DNA of 64,000 nucleotides from Owenia fusiformis (taxonomy: Eukaryota): assembly GCA_903813345.2 (NCBI GenBank), contig CAIIXF020000001.1, positions 49,724,001-49,788,000 on the forward strand. Reading direction: 5' to 3'. Positions 24,701-39,700 of the stretch are shown one piece after another. The translations under genes were made by a program, and so were the position numbers. The notes under the pieces are model-generated. The model was not told the origin of the DNA, searched no databases, and was given only the letters and a program-made list of their open reading frames with translations. Position 1 is the stretch's first letter. Each line of letters opens with the position of its first letter.

Positions 24701-27700
24701 TGTGGAAGAACATATGATCTACACTACCCTCAAAAAGTTTGACAACTAGACTGTGGACACATTCGTCAAAGTCAAAAATCTGACCTATTGTCATTTAGGA
24801 GCAAAATTAAGAACATTAACACCATTTTATGCACTCTATAAAGAGGGCATCTGGTAGCCAAATTTATGGTGGGGGTGTAGGTAATGAAATCTCCAAAGAT
24901 ATCCCATCGCGTTTCAATTTCATGCTAAATAGAATCATTTAATACAAACATATTATCACTGTTATTTGAATTATAGTCTCCTTTTGTGGCCTCCTCTAGG
25001 AGAAACCTTATAAAATCTGGTTTCATTTTACTTGCTAATTTTAAGGATAAGTTTTACCTGTGCAACTTCTACACCAAAGTTGTCCTGTCTGAACTCATTA
25101 GAGAAGTGACAGTATGTCAGTAGGGCCTTCACATATAGTGGGTGGTTGGTTCCATACATACTCCTAAAACACAAAAACTGATCAATGAATTTGTGTTTAT
25201 TTCATTTGATTTTTATATACCAGTTAAAGGTAGAATCAGATCCGTAGGGTTGACAAAATTGCAAGCAACATGTACAGTTGACCTACCAATATATTCCATA
25301 CAATCTCAAATATATTATCTTCCAAAAGATCCATGATGTGTTATAAATTGGTGAAGTTGGGAAAAAATTGTTAAAATTTTTCCAAAGCATGAGAGAATAA
25401 AATGGTAACAATGAAAATAGAAAAATAATACATTATGAATTGTAAAAATAGACATGACAAGGAATGATATGAGCCCAAAATATTCTAAAATTGAAACAAG
25501 TTCCGTCAAGATCATGATTGCCTATAGTGATTCAGATTTGGTAAGAAAGATGACAAACGATTTGGTAGTGTGTCATCAATATGGAAAAGAAACATTGGTT
25601 TTGCCACACTTACTTGGCCTGTTGTACAGTGTGAATTGCAAGCTCCTCAGCTTTTTTAGTATTCCATTTGGCACAGTAAGCCTGTGTGGCATTAAAGAGA
25701 GTGTTCATAATGGTTTCCTCATTGTCTTCCTCAACTTCCTACAAAATACAAATATTAATATCTCAGTTGAAATACCATATTCTGATTGGACAATGAATAG
25801 CCAATAATTATTTCATAGTACACCAACACAGTGATGTATCGCCTCAAGAAGTGATGTATCGCCTCAAGAAATGTCTCATGTAGACATTGATAGTCCATTT
25901 CTTAACTTCATGAAGTTATCAGTTATATTAAATATACTCCCATTGAATCTTGTGTTAACAGTATACTACAGACCTTAAAAGTCAAAATGACTCAAAATAG
26001 ATTCAATGATGCTGTTTATCCCATGGTCTATTACATTGTCATAGTAACAACATTTTGTTGACTTACTTGCATGGCTTTATTTGCCCAGTTGAATGCTGGA
26101 TTAACGCTCCCTTGTTCACGTAACAATACGCTGGTTTCCAGGAACTCCTCTCCTTGATCTAAAAGGTCCTGTCCAAATGACATCAACTCAATCTGTGTAA
26201 CATAACGCTGCACGACATTCAATGCATGCTCAGCCATTGTGAATTCAAAGTTTCTGTTTCTGATGCTCATGAGATGCATGTAAGCGTGGTAGGTGACCAT
26301 CCATGTTTCAATGTTAGGATTTGATGCTAGAAACTCAATTAGAGAAGTTATGACTGATTCGCATGTGTTGTAGTAGCCATACTCAGTCAGGAGATCAACC
26401 AGATTGAAAGCCATTTCCGAGATATGGTTTCTTGTTTCTTCTTCTTCAGCACTTGGTAACTGTTGTACAAATTGACAAAACTCAGTTGATATTTCCTTAA
26501 GGATGTCCATATAGGCTCTGGATTTAAAATGATTGAAGTATTTCACGTAAAGATGGAAATTCTTGGTGTCATTTAGGATGTCCTCAACAGCGCTACACAT
26601 GCAAATTGAGAACCCTTCTGGAAGCTGGTTCCGCCGTTCTAAAGCAAAAACTATTTCAAGATTTTGTACCTTTTTTAGTACTTGGTATTCATTTTCTAAT
26701 TGATGTTTATCACCATTTGATCCCTTTTCTAGCTGTTTAAAATGTTCCTCTGGTATTTCTATGAGAGATTTGAAGTTTTCAGGAGTTGGTAGCCAGCGAT
26801 GATAGAAACCCTTCACAAGGGTTTTCCTTGGAGAGTCACCCTGTGATGATTTGTCAAAACCAGATCCAACAGATTCTCTCATCCCTTTCTCATCACCAGC
26901 TGGCATATCATTTGGCATTGAGAACATCAGGGGTTCTTCTTCAGAGGGAGTTATGCCTATGTTAAAACTGACCCTGGATCTACTGTTCTGATTCCCTGAA
27001 GCTTCACTCATGCTTCTAGACTGGACATTGCCCGATCGTGTAGCTTGTCCATTACACATTGGTGTTTGGATACTTGGCAGTGGATTAAAATGGGGAAGTT
27101 TCATTTTATCCCCACTGTTAGGTTTCTTTTCAGGTGCTTTAATTGGTGAATTGGCTGAGGCAATAATTGTGTTATCCAGAAATTCTACAAGGATGTTGTA
27201 TTTTTTCTTGTACTGTAACCCAGCTTCAGGTGTTTTCAAAGCTTGCCTAAAGTGTTTATACCATTCCGTTTCCTTTGGTTTAGTTGGCAAAATATCAATC
27301 ATGATTCTTGTTTTATCACCTGCTGTTGAACCCTTTTCTATTTTCTTTTTGTCTTCTTCATCCAGTACATCATTTTGGATAAGATACTTTATGATATGTT
27401 CATATTTCAGTTCCTGTATCAGAGCCACTCTGTTAACTCTGAGCCGCATTGCATTTTGGTTCTGAATTGGAGACTTGTCCATTGTGGGAAGCTGTCTTGG
27501 ACTGAAAAATAAATGTGAGATAGGATGAGCACAGTATATTTTAAAATAATTACACTTGTTTAATATATCGTACATGTATACAACTATTATTATCTGTTCT
27601 CTATTTGATTTCTTGACCTTTCATATAAAATTTTCCTAATGATGGTAAAATTACACTTTTAAATGAAGAATCAAAGTCTACAAGAATAGATTAAGTTTAG

Positions 27701-30700
27701 ATCCCTCTCCCCTAGACTTGTCAGATGTTTAGATCTATCACTTTCAAGTGATAGTACAAAGAGTTACTGTCGCAAAAAAGAGAGACTATGAGGTGACATA
27801 CATGTAAAGTGTGACTTTGGGGAAAGTGTGACTTTGGGGAATTATTAATATAACACTCTGTTCCTGCAATCCAAAGCCTGGTGCCTTAATGATACAGTGT
27901 ACATGTAGGTGAAGCTATTGGACCTCAGCTAGATTTGGGACTGTCAGTTGGGATATTACACGTACCAAGAATTGTGATTTGTCTATGCAAAAAAAGTTCC
28001 AAAATACTTTTGCCGGTAGAGGTATCTAGAACCGTATGATATACTTTACTATACAATACAAAGGACAATACTCACCGGGGGAAGATTATTCTCATTTACA
28101 CCTGGTCTAGTGAGTTTAGTTCTGAGGTGATGGGTGAGTGGACTAGTGCTATCAAGATGTATGTTTCAGTAGTTAATTATCTTATAGACTGGATTGACAG
28201 GTGACAATGCAAGCATAAGATGTTGAACTGACATGGCGGCCACCTCGGCTATATTTTTTGGCAGATTTTCAGATGACTGCTGAATATATATATGTCAAGA
28301 TTTAGGGACAAAAATTTATGTCATTTTAAAGTAAAGCTTTTTTTCTTTACAATGATGAGTTGAGAAATTTAAAAACATCCCACTAACTGAACTTTTAAAC
28401 TTTTAAGGCATGTATTTTCAAAAAGCTTTACATTGGCGATATTCCATTACATTCTTGGACTTGATTTTTTTACATTCTTGGACTTAGATTATTTTGCGAT
28501 TGAAAGTTGTTAACTTTATAGCATGGATTTTCAAAAAGCTTTACATTGGCCATATTCCTTTACATTCTTGGACTTTGATTATTTTACGATGTAAACTTGT
28601 GAACTTTTATAGCAGGCATTTTCAAAAAGCTTTACATTGGCCATATTCCATTACATTCATGGACTTAGGTTATTTTACGATGTAAACTTGTGAACTTTTA
28701 TAGCAGGCATTTTCAAAAAGCTTTACATTGGCCATATTCCTTACATTCTTGGACTTAGATTATTTTACGATCTATAGAAGTGAAATTTTACAGCATGCAT
28801 TTTTAAAAAGCTTTACATTGGCCATATTCCTTTACATTCTTGGACTTAGATTATTTTACGATCTATAGAAGTGAAATTTTACAGCATGCATTTTCAAAAA
28901 GCTTTACATTGACCATTTTCCTTTACATTCTTGGACTTAAAATATTTTACGATATATACTTGATAACTTTCAAGGCATGTATTTTCAAAAAGCTTTACAT
29001 TGGCCATATTCCTTTACATTCTTGGACTTAGAATATTTCACGAAGCAAAGTTGTGAACTTTTGGCTTATGGGCCATGTAAACCAGCACAGAATATGCAAA
29101 TTAGATAGATACATGTATGCATATGAATACATATATCTATGTATTCATGCATATATATATTATATGCCATCACAGAATATGCAAATTAGATAGATACATA
29201 CATTATTATATGTATTCATATATATGTAGGATATATATACAAGCATGGAATATGTTAATTAGATAGACTAGATACATATATAGAACTACAGTAGATACAT
29301 AACAATTAATTTATTAGTTGGCAGAGAATATGTTAATTAAATAACAATAATTCATGAATATCCTACATTGAGATATCTATGAATATGCATATGTAAATGT
29401 GTAATATGTAATATGTAAATGTGTATTGTATACATGTTATATATGTATGTATTTGTATATATCTTCTAAGCTGGTCCCCAGTCCCCAGTTCCCAGTTTGA
29501 GATATCTATATTGTTATATATAATATGTATGTATTTGTATGTATCTTTTAAGAAGGTCCCCAGTCCCCAGTTCCCAGTTTGAGATATCTATATGCTATAT
29601 GTATGTATGTATTTGTATGTATCTTCTAAGCTGGTCCCCAGTCCCCAGTTCCCAGTTTGAGATATTGCTATATATAATATGTATGTATTTGTATGTATCT
29701 TTTAAGAAGGTCCCCAGTCCCCAATTCCCAGTTTGAGATATCTATATTGTTATATATAATATGTATGTATTTGTATGTATCTTCTAAGCTGGTCCCCAGT
29801 CCCCAGTTCCCAGTTTGAGATATCTATATGCTATATGTATGTATGTATTTGTATGTATCTTCTAAGCTGGTCCCCAGTCCCCAGTTCCCATTTCGAGATC
29901 TCTATGTTAAAGTATGTAAACTATTTTAAAGTAAATTTTAATCATTCAAGATTCATCTTGATCCATTCTCTTTTATGAGTTGATAGCAATATACACTGAG
30001 GATGAATCCTACATAAAACCTCATTTAGATGTGATTTCTTCAAAATTTAAGACAGAGAATAGATTATGGCATCAACCAAAATTTTAGACCTTTTTCTACA
30101 ACATGTGATAATATGAGTCTATTCATGCAAGTATTAAGGACAATATTGCCTGTTGCAGGGGTTCACTTTTTTTGGACCACCCTGTATATTAACTTCTCTT
30201 ATTGCATGTTTAATGGTAAAGACTGGACTGGTGTAGGTGGAAGAGTCATCTAATAGTCATTAAGTTATCATCTTTACATAACACTTTAAAATCCAAGAAC
30301 AGCCAGATTTTATTTAGGCAGAACTTCAATGTCTATCTGATATATAACAAAATATGTGAAAATTAGAAAGATTGACCTTTTTGTTATCCTAGTCACAAGT
30401 TTAACCTTTCCATATGGACTGAAGAGTTGACATCCTGGATATTTAGGAGAACCTGTAAAGGATTGGTTTTGATATGGTGAACATTTTGAACACACTTTTC
30501 TCTTAAATCAGTCGTCAAAAATTTCTAAAAATTACATATCGTCAATTTAATGGTCATCTTTTGAATGTTAACAATAACATTTGAAAAAATGTATATACTT
30601 TTCTCAATATTGTTTTAGAAAACACATCAAACACTTCTTTTGCTTCTGGTATTATATGCTCAGAATGAAATGAAACATCTTTCCGAACCTGTTTTGAACA

Positions 30701-33700
30701 AAACAACATACAACATGTTTAAGTCTCTCAATATTGTAATTGTACAAAGGAAATTTTGGTTGATTTAAAAAAAGTATATCTTGTTGATGAAATAAAAGGT
30801 TTATCTTGATTTTTATCTATTTTTGGGGGGGTTTTGTTTTACGTTTTTTTCTAATTTTGCTTCAATATATTGAAAAGGTAGAGAATTCATAATACATTGC
30901 AATACATTAGACTGAAAGCTTCTGAAACTGACTCTCTATTTAAAATCAGTATCAAGATAAGACATAAAATGATCCATCTTAAGTAGACACATATGTTTGG
31001 ATAACTAACAGCTTATCAGCTTTATAGTGCTTCATATAACTGTATAATTCTTTTCCAATCTGGAGACAGATTATTTAAGTTATGTAAGTTATGAGTTTGT
31101 CTCATTACTGTAGTCTTGACTGGATTAACTGTTTTCCTCTAGAAGATAGGTTTCAGGCTGATTCAATGTATAATTCAAAGACAATTTTAAAGAGTTCTTT
31201 AAAGTTAAAGTTCTGTCAAGTCTGGAGTAAAGTTAAAATTTCTATAATGAAATATGAAGTATAAAATATCTGCATTGGAATCACTTACATTAATTTTTTA
31301 GACATACTATGACCATTGCCGCTTACCATTTTTGACCTATATAGCTATCATAGGCGTAGCCAGAAGGGAGGGGCGATGACCAATAAAAATAAGAGCTTTA
31401 AAATGCATTTTGTTTGAAGCTTCTAGCTAATAGTCTGCTGGTCTGCTGGTTGCGCTAATGTCTTTTATTTCCACATATAGGGTTACTCAGTGAACTTAAA
31501 TATACAAGTTTAATGTTAAATGTTGCTCTAAAGTTTGTGTAACTGATATCTACCTGGTGTGCTCATGTGGCCAGTATTAGATCAGATAGAGAAAAAATAT
31601 AACACCTTCATTATGAACTAGCAGCTCATACCCAAACAGAAGAATAAAAAATCTGTACAAATTGATTGATGCTATATGCCAAAAATAGGTTTTAAAATGC
31701 TCATAAATATTAGATAACATGCAATATAAACATGCAATATACTGGAGTCTCAGATAACATTTCGGTTATTTTACCTTGATATTTGAAGACAATTGTTAAA
31801 TACATAAATATTAGATTCACAATTGTACTCTTTTGTTACAATGTTATTCACCTTTCCACAAAGTCAGCTCATGAATATTATAATGAGCTGCTTAGAAATC
31901 TGTAACGTCAATGAGAGAAACTTTTTCCCACGAAAAACAAATGCAATTGAGTTTACATGTAAATCCACGGTTGATTGCTGTAAGTTTTACCTCTTCAAAT
32001 GTGCAAGTAATCAGTAAATTATTGACGGATTTTTATTGAAAGTCAAATTGGCATTGATTTACGCCTTTTAAGCGATTGAAATATTAAATTTCTGTTCATA
32101 ATGAGTAAATAATTTGAAGAGAATTACTCCGGTCAGTTTTCAATCATGATAGGAACTGGATGTGAACAGGTGAAATTATCATTAGTTCACTAACATTATA
32201 ACATGTCTCTCATACATATAAATATATAGATAGACAATCTATTTTAAGTTAATCTTCAGTTGTGATTTGATGAATGACCTGTTCAAATTAAAAACATTTG
32301 CTCTAATTCATTAAATTATTGACTTCACTACTTCCATAATTCAATCAACTAAACGATTACTTCCTATTTATTTCTGCAAGTCATATCAGATCATATCTTG
32401 AAAATATTATACTTGAAAACTTCGGGATATATAGAGATTATCCTATATGAGGTTCAGGATATTACGGCCCTCGGACAAATATATTATATTGGCCAAGGGA
32501 TAATCCAAATACCCTGAACCGATTATAGGATGATTTGTTTATCCCATACCAATCACACTGTTCAATTGGCCAAAGTTCAGAAACTTTGCAACCAATCATA
32601 GAATTATTTTAAAATGTCCAGTTTTGTATTCTTGTTTCTTTTCCTGTTCAAATCTTTGATTATTAATGGGGTATACTGCTCCTTCCCTTCTTTAACACAT
32701 CAAACAGATCGCGATCGACTAAAGGATAATATGTTTATCCCATACCAATCTTGGTCATCTGGTTCACATTGTTCAATCGTGGAAATATTTTAGAATATTC
32801 ATGTCCAGTTTTGTTTTCTTGGCCGTGGGAGCATTTTCCTGTTCTCTCAAATATTCCCACATCTATTTTCTCAAATTTTTGATTGATTAAGTGGATGCTC
32901 CTTCCCTTTTTAAACCTTCAAACAGATCCCGTAATATATACCTGTTACACATCCAAGTAAACATGTATATATATTCCAATGTATATTTACCGCTGCGTAT
33001 CTCCCGATCCAAATATTGCCGGGAAAATGTTTTTTATTCATTGTAGAAACAGTCAATTTGTAAAAGTATCTTGCTTAAGCAAAACTGTAAAAATAGATCC
33101 AGCAGACCGTAGAATTTTTCTTAACCAAAATGATGATGGATTTTTTGAAAATAATGAGAATGAGAATGCTTAAAAAAACTAGATATGCAGGGTGTCCTGA
33201 AAACTTCACTTGTAAAACCTCACTTTTCATAGGATAAATTAGTTATGTGATGATCGGTTTTGAATAAATAATCTATTATTAGATTTACAATTAATTGTAC
33301 TTTTTTGTTACGATGTTATATTCATTTCATATTCTGTCAATGTTTAATACAAATACCTACATATAGATATCTCAAACTGGGAACTGGGGACCAGCTTAGA
33401 AGATACATACATACATATAACATAGATATCTCAAAATGGGAACTGGGGACCAACTTATAAGATACATACAAATACATATATACACAAACATAGATATCTC
33501 AAACTGGGAACTGGGGACTGGGGACCTTCTTAAAAAGATACATACAAATACATACATATTATATGTAGCATATAAATATCTCAAACTGGGAACTGGGGAC
33601 TGGGGACCTTCTTAAAAGATACATACAAATACATACATATTATATATAGCATATAAATACCTCAAACTGGGAACTGGGGACTGGGGACCTTCTTAAAAGA

Positions 33701-36700
33701 TACATACAAATACATACATATTATATATAGCATATAGATATCTCAAACTGGGAACTGGGGACTGGGGACCAGCTTAGAAGATATATACAAATACATACAT
33801 ATATAACATGTATACAATACACATTTATCTCATAAATTAAAGCATATTCATAGATATCTCAATGTAGGATATTCATGAATTATTGTTATCTAATTAACAT
33901 ATTCCATGCTTGTATATATATCATACATATATATGAATACATATAATAATGTATGTATCTATCTAATTTGCATATTCTGTGCTGGCTTATAATATATATA
34001 TGCATGAATACATAGATATATGTATTTATACATATATGTATCTATCTAATTTGCATATTCTATGCTGGTTTACATGGCCCATAAGCCGAACTTTTTATGC
34101 AGGCATTTTCAAAAAGCTTTACATTGGCGAAATTCCATTACATTCTTGGACTTAGATTATTTTGCGATTGAAAGTTGTAAACTTTTATAGCATGGATTTT
34201 CAAAAAGCTTTACATTGGCGAAATTCCATTACATTCTTGGACTTAGATTATTTTGCGATTGAAAGTTGTGAACTTTTATAGCATGGATTTTCAAAAAGCT
34301 TTACATTGGCCATATTCCTTTACATTCTTGGAGTTAGATTATTTTGTTTGAAAGTTGTGAACTTTTATAGCATGGATTTTCAAAAAGCTTTACATTGGCC
34401 ATATTCCTTTACGTTCTTGGACTTAGATTATTTTACGATCTATAGAAGTGAAATTTTACAGCATGCATTTTCAAAAAGCTTTACATTGGCCATATTCCTT
34501 TACATTCTTGGACTTAGAATATTTCACAATGCAAAGTTGTGAACTTTTAATGCAGGCATTTTCAAAAAGCTTCACATTGGCCATTTTCCTTTACATTCTT
34601 GGACTTAATATATTTCACGAAGCAAAGTTGTGAACTTTTTATGCAGGCCTTTTCAAAAAGCTTTACATTGGCGAAATTCCATTACATTCTTGGACTTAGA
34701 TTATTTTGCGATTGAAAGTTGTGAACTTTTATAGCATGCATTTTAAAAAAGCTTTACATTGGCCATATTCCTTTACATTCTTGGAGTTAGATTATTTTAC
34801 GATCTATAGAAGTGAAATTTTACAGCATGCATTTTTAAAAAGCTTTACATTGGCCATATTCCTTTACATTCTTGAACTTAGATTATTTTACGATCTATAG
34901 AAGTGAAATTTTATGGCATACATTTTCAAAAAGCTTTACATTGACCATTTTCCTTTACATTCTTGGACTTAAAATATTTTACGATATACTTGATAACTTT
35001 CAAGGCATGTATTTTCAAAAAGCTTTACATTGGCCATATTCCTTTACATTCTTGGACTTAGAATATTTCACGAAGCAAAGTTGTGAACCTTTAATGCAGG
35101 CATTTTCAAAACGCTTTACATTGGCGAAATTCCATTACATTCTTGGACTTAGATTATTTTGCAATTGAAAGTTGTGAACTTTTATAGCATGGATTTTCAA
35201 AAAGCTTTACTATTGGTGAAATTCCATTACATTCTTGGACTTAGATTATTTTGCGATTGAAAGTTGTGAACTTTTATAGCATGGATTTTCAAAAAGCTTT
35301 ACATTGGCCATATTCCTTTACATTCTTGGACTTAGATTATTTTACGATCTATAGAAGTGAAATTTTACAGCATGCATTTTCAAAAAGCTTTACATTGGCC
35401 ATATTCCTTTACATTCTTGGACTTAGAATATTTCACGTAGCAAAGTTGTGAACTTTTTATGCAGGCATTTTCAAAAAGCTTTACATTGGCGAAATTCCAT
35501 TACATTCTTGGACTTAGATTATTTTGCGATTGAAAGTTGTGAACTTTTATAGCATGCATTTTAAAAAAGCTTTACATTGGCCATATTCCTTTACATTCTT
35601 GGAGTTAGATTATTTTACGATCTATAGAAGTGAAATTTTACAGCATGCATTTTTAAAAAGCTTTACATTGGCCATATTCCTTTACATTCTTGAACTTAGA
35701 TTATTTTACGATCTATAGAAGTGAAATTTTATGGCATACATTTTCAAAAAGCTTTACATTGACCATTTTCCTTTACATTCTTGGACTTAAAATATTTTAC
35801 GATATATACTTGATAACTTTCAAGGCATGTATTTTCAAAAAGCTTTACATTGGCCATATTCCTTTACATTCTTGGACTTAGAATATTTCACGAAGCAAAG
35901 TTGTGAACCTTTTATGCAGGCATTTTCAAAACGCTTAACATTGGCGAAATTCCATTACATTCTTGGAGTTAGATTATTTTGCGATTGAAAGTTGTGAACT
36001 TTTATAGCATGGATTTCCAAAAAGCTTTACATTGGCCATATTCCTTTACATTCTTGGACTTAGATTATTTTACGATCTATAGAAGTGAAATTTTATGGCA
36101 TGCATTTTCAAAAAGCTTTACATTGGCTATATTCCTTTACATTCTTGGACTTAGATTATTTTACGATCTAACGAGGTGAAATTTTATGGCATGCATTTTC
36201 AAAAAGCTTTACATTGGCCATTTTCCTTTACATTCTTGGACTTAGAATATTTTACGATGTATACTTGAGAACTTTTAAGGCATGTATTTTCAAAAAGCTT
36301 TACATTGGCCATATTCCTTTACATTCTTGGACTTAGAATATTTCACGAAGCAAAGTTGTGAACTTTTTATGCAGGCATTTTCAAAAAGATTTACATTGGC
36401 GAAATTCCATTACATTCTTGGACTTAGAATATTTTGTGATTGAAAGTTGTGAATTTTTATAGCATGCATTTTCAAAAAGCTTTACATTGGCCATATTCCT
36501 TTACATTCTTGGACTTAGATTATTTTACGATCTATAGAAGTGAAATTTTACAGCATGCATTTTCAAAAAGCTTTACATTGGCCATATTCCTTTACATTCT
36601 TGGACTTAGATTATTTTACGATCTAACGAGGTGAAATTTTATGGCATGCATTTTCAAAAAGCTTTACATTGGCCATATTCCTTTACATTCTTGGACTTAG

Positions 36701-39700
36701 AATATTTCACGAAGCAAAGTTGTGAACTTTTTATGCAGGCATTTTCAAAAAGCTTTACATTGGCCATTTTCCTTTACATTCTTGGACTTAGAATATTTCA
36801 CGAAACAAAGTCATGAACTTTTTATACAGCATTTTCAAAAAGCTTTACATTGGCTAAATTCCATTACATTCTTGGACTTAGATTATTTTGCGATTGAAAG
36901 TTGTGAACTTTTAAACATGCATTTTCAAAAAGGTTTACATTGGCCATATTCCTTTACATTCTTGCACTTAATTTATTTTACGATCTATAGAAGTAAATTT
37001 TATGGCATGCATTTCCAAAAAGCTTTACATTGGCCATTTTCCTTTACATTCTTGGACTTAGAATATTTTGCAATTGAAAGTTGTGAACTTTTATAGCATG
37101 CATTTTCAAAAACCTTTACATTGGCAATATTCCTTTACATTCTTGGACTTAGATTATTTTACGATATATACTTGATAACTTTCAAGGCATGTATTTTCAA
37201 AAAGCTTTACATTGGCCATATTCCTTTACATTCTTGGACTTAGAATATTTCACGAAGCAAAGTTGTAAACTTTTTATGCAGGCATTTTCAAAGAGCTTTA
37301 CATTGCCGAAATTCCATTACATTCTTGGACTTGGATTATTTTGCGATTGGAAGTTGTGAACTTTTATAGCATGCATTTTCAAAAAGCTTTACATTGACCA
37401 TTTTCCTTTACATTCTTGGACTTAAAATATTTTACGATATATACTTGATAACTTTCAAGGCATGTATTTTCAAAAAGCTTTACATTGGCCATATTCCTTT
37501 ACATTCTTGGACTTAGAATATTTCACGAAGCAAAGTTGTGAACCTTTTATGCAGGCATTTTCAAAACGCTTTACATTGGCGAAATTCCATTACATTCTTA
37601 GACTTAGATTATTATGCGATTGAAAGTTGTGAACTTTTATAGCATGGATTTCCAAAAAGCTTTACATTGGCCATATTCCTTTACATTCTTGGACTTAGAT
37701 TATTTTACGATCTATAGAAGTGAAATTTTATGGCATGCATTTTCAAAAAGCTTTACATTGGCTATATTCCTTTACATTCTTGGACTTAGAATATTTTACG
37801 ATCTAACGAGGTAAAATTTTACAGAATGCATTTTCAAAAAGCTTTACATTGGCCATATTCCTTTACATTCTTGGACTTAGATTATTTTACGATCTAACGA
37901 GGTGAAATTTTATGGCATGCATTTTCAAAAAGCTTTACATTGGCCATTTTCCTTTACATTCTTGGATATAGATTATTTTACAATCTACATGTATAGAAGT
38001 GAATTGAAAGTTGTGAACTTTTATAGTATGCATTTTCAAAAAGCTTTACAATGGCCATTTTCCTTTACATTCTTGGACTCGGATTATTTTACGATGTAAA
38101 CCTTGACTTGTTCTTCCCCTTACAAGTACCTACGTGTACTTCTGAGTAATTTGTAATAAACAATCAAATCAACAAATATTCACATATCATATTAGCAGAT
38201 GTCTGGCGAAATTACATTACAATAAGATATTCTGATCGATAGAGTATTTGGTTATAAAACCGGAAGTGTTTTCTCGGAGGTCGGCGCGTCAAATGTCATA
38301 TATGTATTCTACCTTCGATATTAAGTATTGGCCGGTACATCCTCCCGATTAATATTTATCATTAGGTGCTTTCAAGTTCAACACCATGTTTTTCTAATGT
38401 TATCGCAAAATAGTCCATAAAATGAAGGAAATGTTTCAAAGTTAAGAAATTTGATCGGCATTTTACCAAAAGAGCTTCTGCGCATGAGTTCTGCGCATGT
38501 CAAAAGCCCGTCAAACTTTCTCATTTCTTTTAACATTTCTCGCCTTTTACACGACTTTCCCACCTAGAATCATACTCTATCATCAAATTAGAAATATAAG
38601 GCATAACTTTAGATCGATTTCCAACCATCTCTTGTGAAAGAATTGAAGATGATCGGGGAAAACAATCCCGTCTATTCGAGGGGCTCTCTTGGGGATTTCT
38701 TCAATCACTATCAAAACTATTGTCTATGCAAGTTCTTTTCTATATTTAGCGATCTTTACTGTATTCTCTCCAATGACATATGGTTTTTACAATTCTACAT
38801 GTACTGTACGTCGTGAAAGAACAGAATCCAACAAATACCAAATCTAAAAGTCAAAATAAGTAGGCTAAAGGAAAGGGGACAGTAAAGCGTGGAAATACAT
38901 GTACAGCATTCTATGAGAGTTCACAACTTAAATCGTAAAATGAGCTAAGTCCAGGAATGTAAAGGAATTTGGCCAATGTAAACCTTTTTGAAAATACATA
39001 ACATAATAGTTTACAACTTTAAATCTTGATATAATCTAAGTCCAAAAATGTAATGGAATATGGCCAATGTAAAGCTTTTTGAAAATGGATGCCATAAAAT
39101 TTCACTTCTATAGATCGTAAAATATTCTAAGTCCAAGAATGTAAAGGAAAATGGCCATTGTAAAGCTTTTTGAAAATGCCTGAATTAAAAGTTATCTACT
39201 TTACATCGTAAAATAATCTAAGTCCAAGAATGTAATGGAATTTTGCCAATGTAAAGCTTTTTGAAAACGCCTGCATAAAAAGTTCACAACTTTGTTTCGT
39301 GAAATATTCTAAGTCCAAGAATGTAAAGGAATATGGCCAATAAAGCTTTTTGAAAAGACATGCCTTAAAAGTTATCAAGTATATATCGTAAAACATTCTA
39401 AGTCCAAGAATGTAAAGGAAAATGGCCAATGTAAAGCTTTTTGAAAATGCATGCCATAAAATTTTACTTCTATAGATCGTAAAATAATCTAAGTCCAAGA
39501 ATGTAAAGGAAAATGGCCAATGTAAAGCTTTTTGAAAATGCATGCTGTAAAATTTCACTTCTATAGATCGTAAAATAATCTAAGTCCAAGAATGTAAAGG
39601 AATATGGCCAATGTAAAGCTTTTTGAAAATGCATGCTATAAAAATTCACAACTTTCAATCACAAAATATTCTAAGTCAAAGAATGTAATGGAATTTCGCC

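Noticed and set aside
25831..25870. Exact 20-bp duplication in an intron
   Set aside because: Simple slippage duplication with no functional signal.
27010..27465. 151-aa + strand ORF
   Set aside because: Antisense shadow of the CARD exon.
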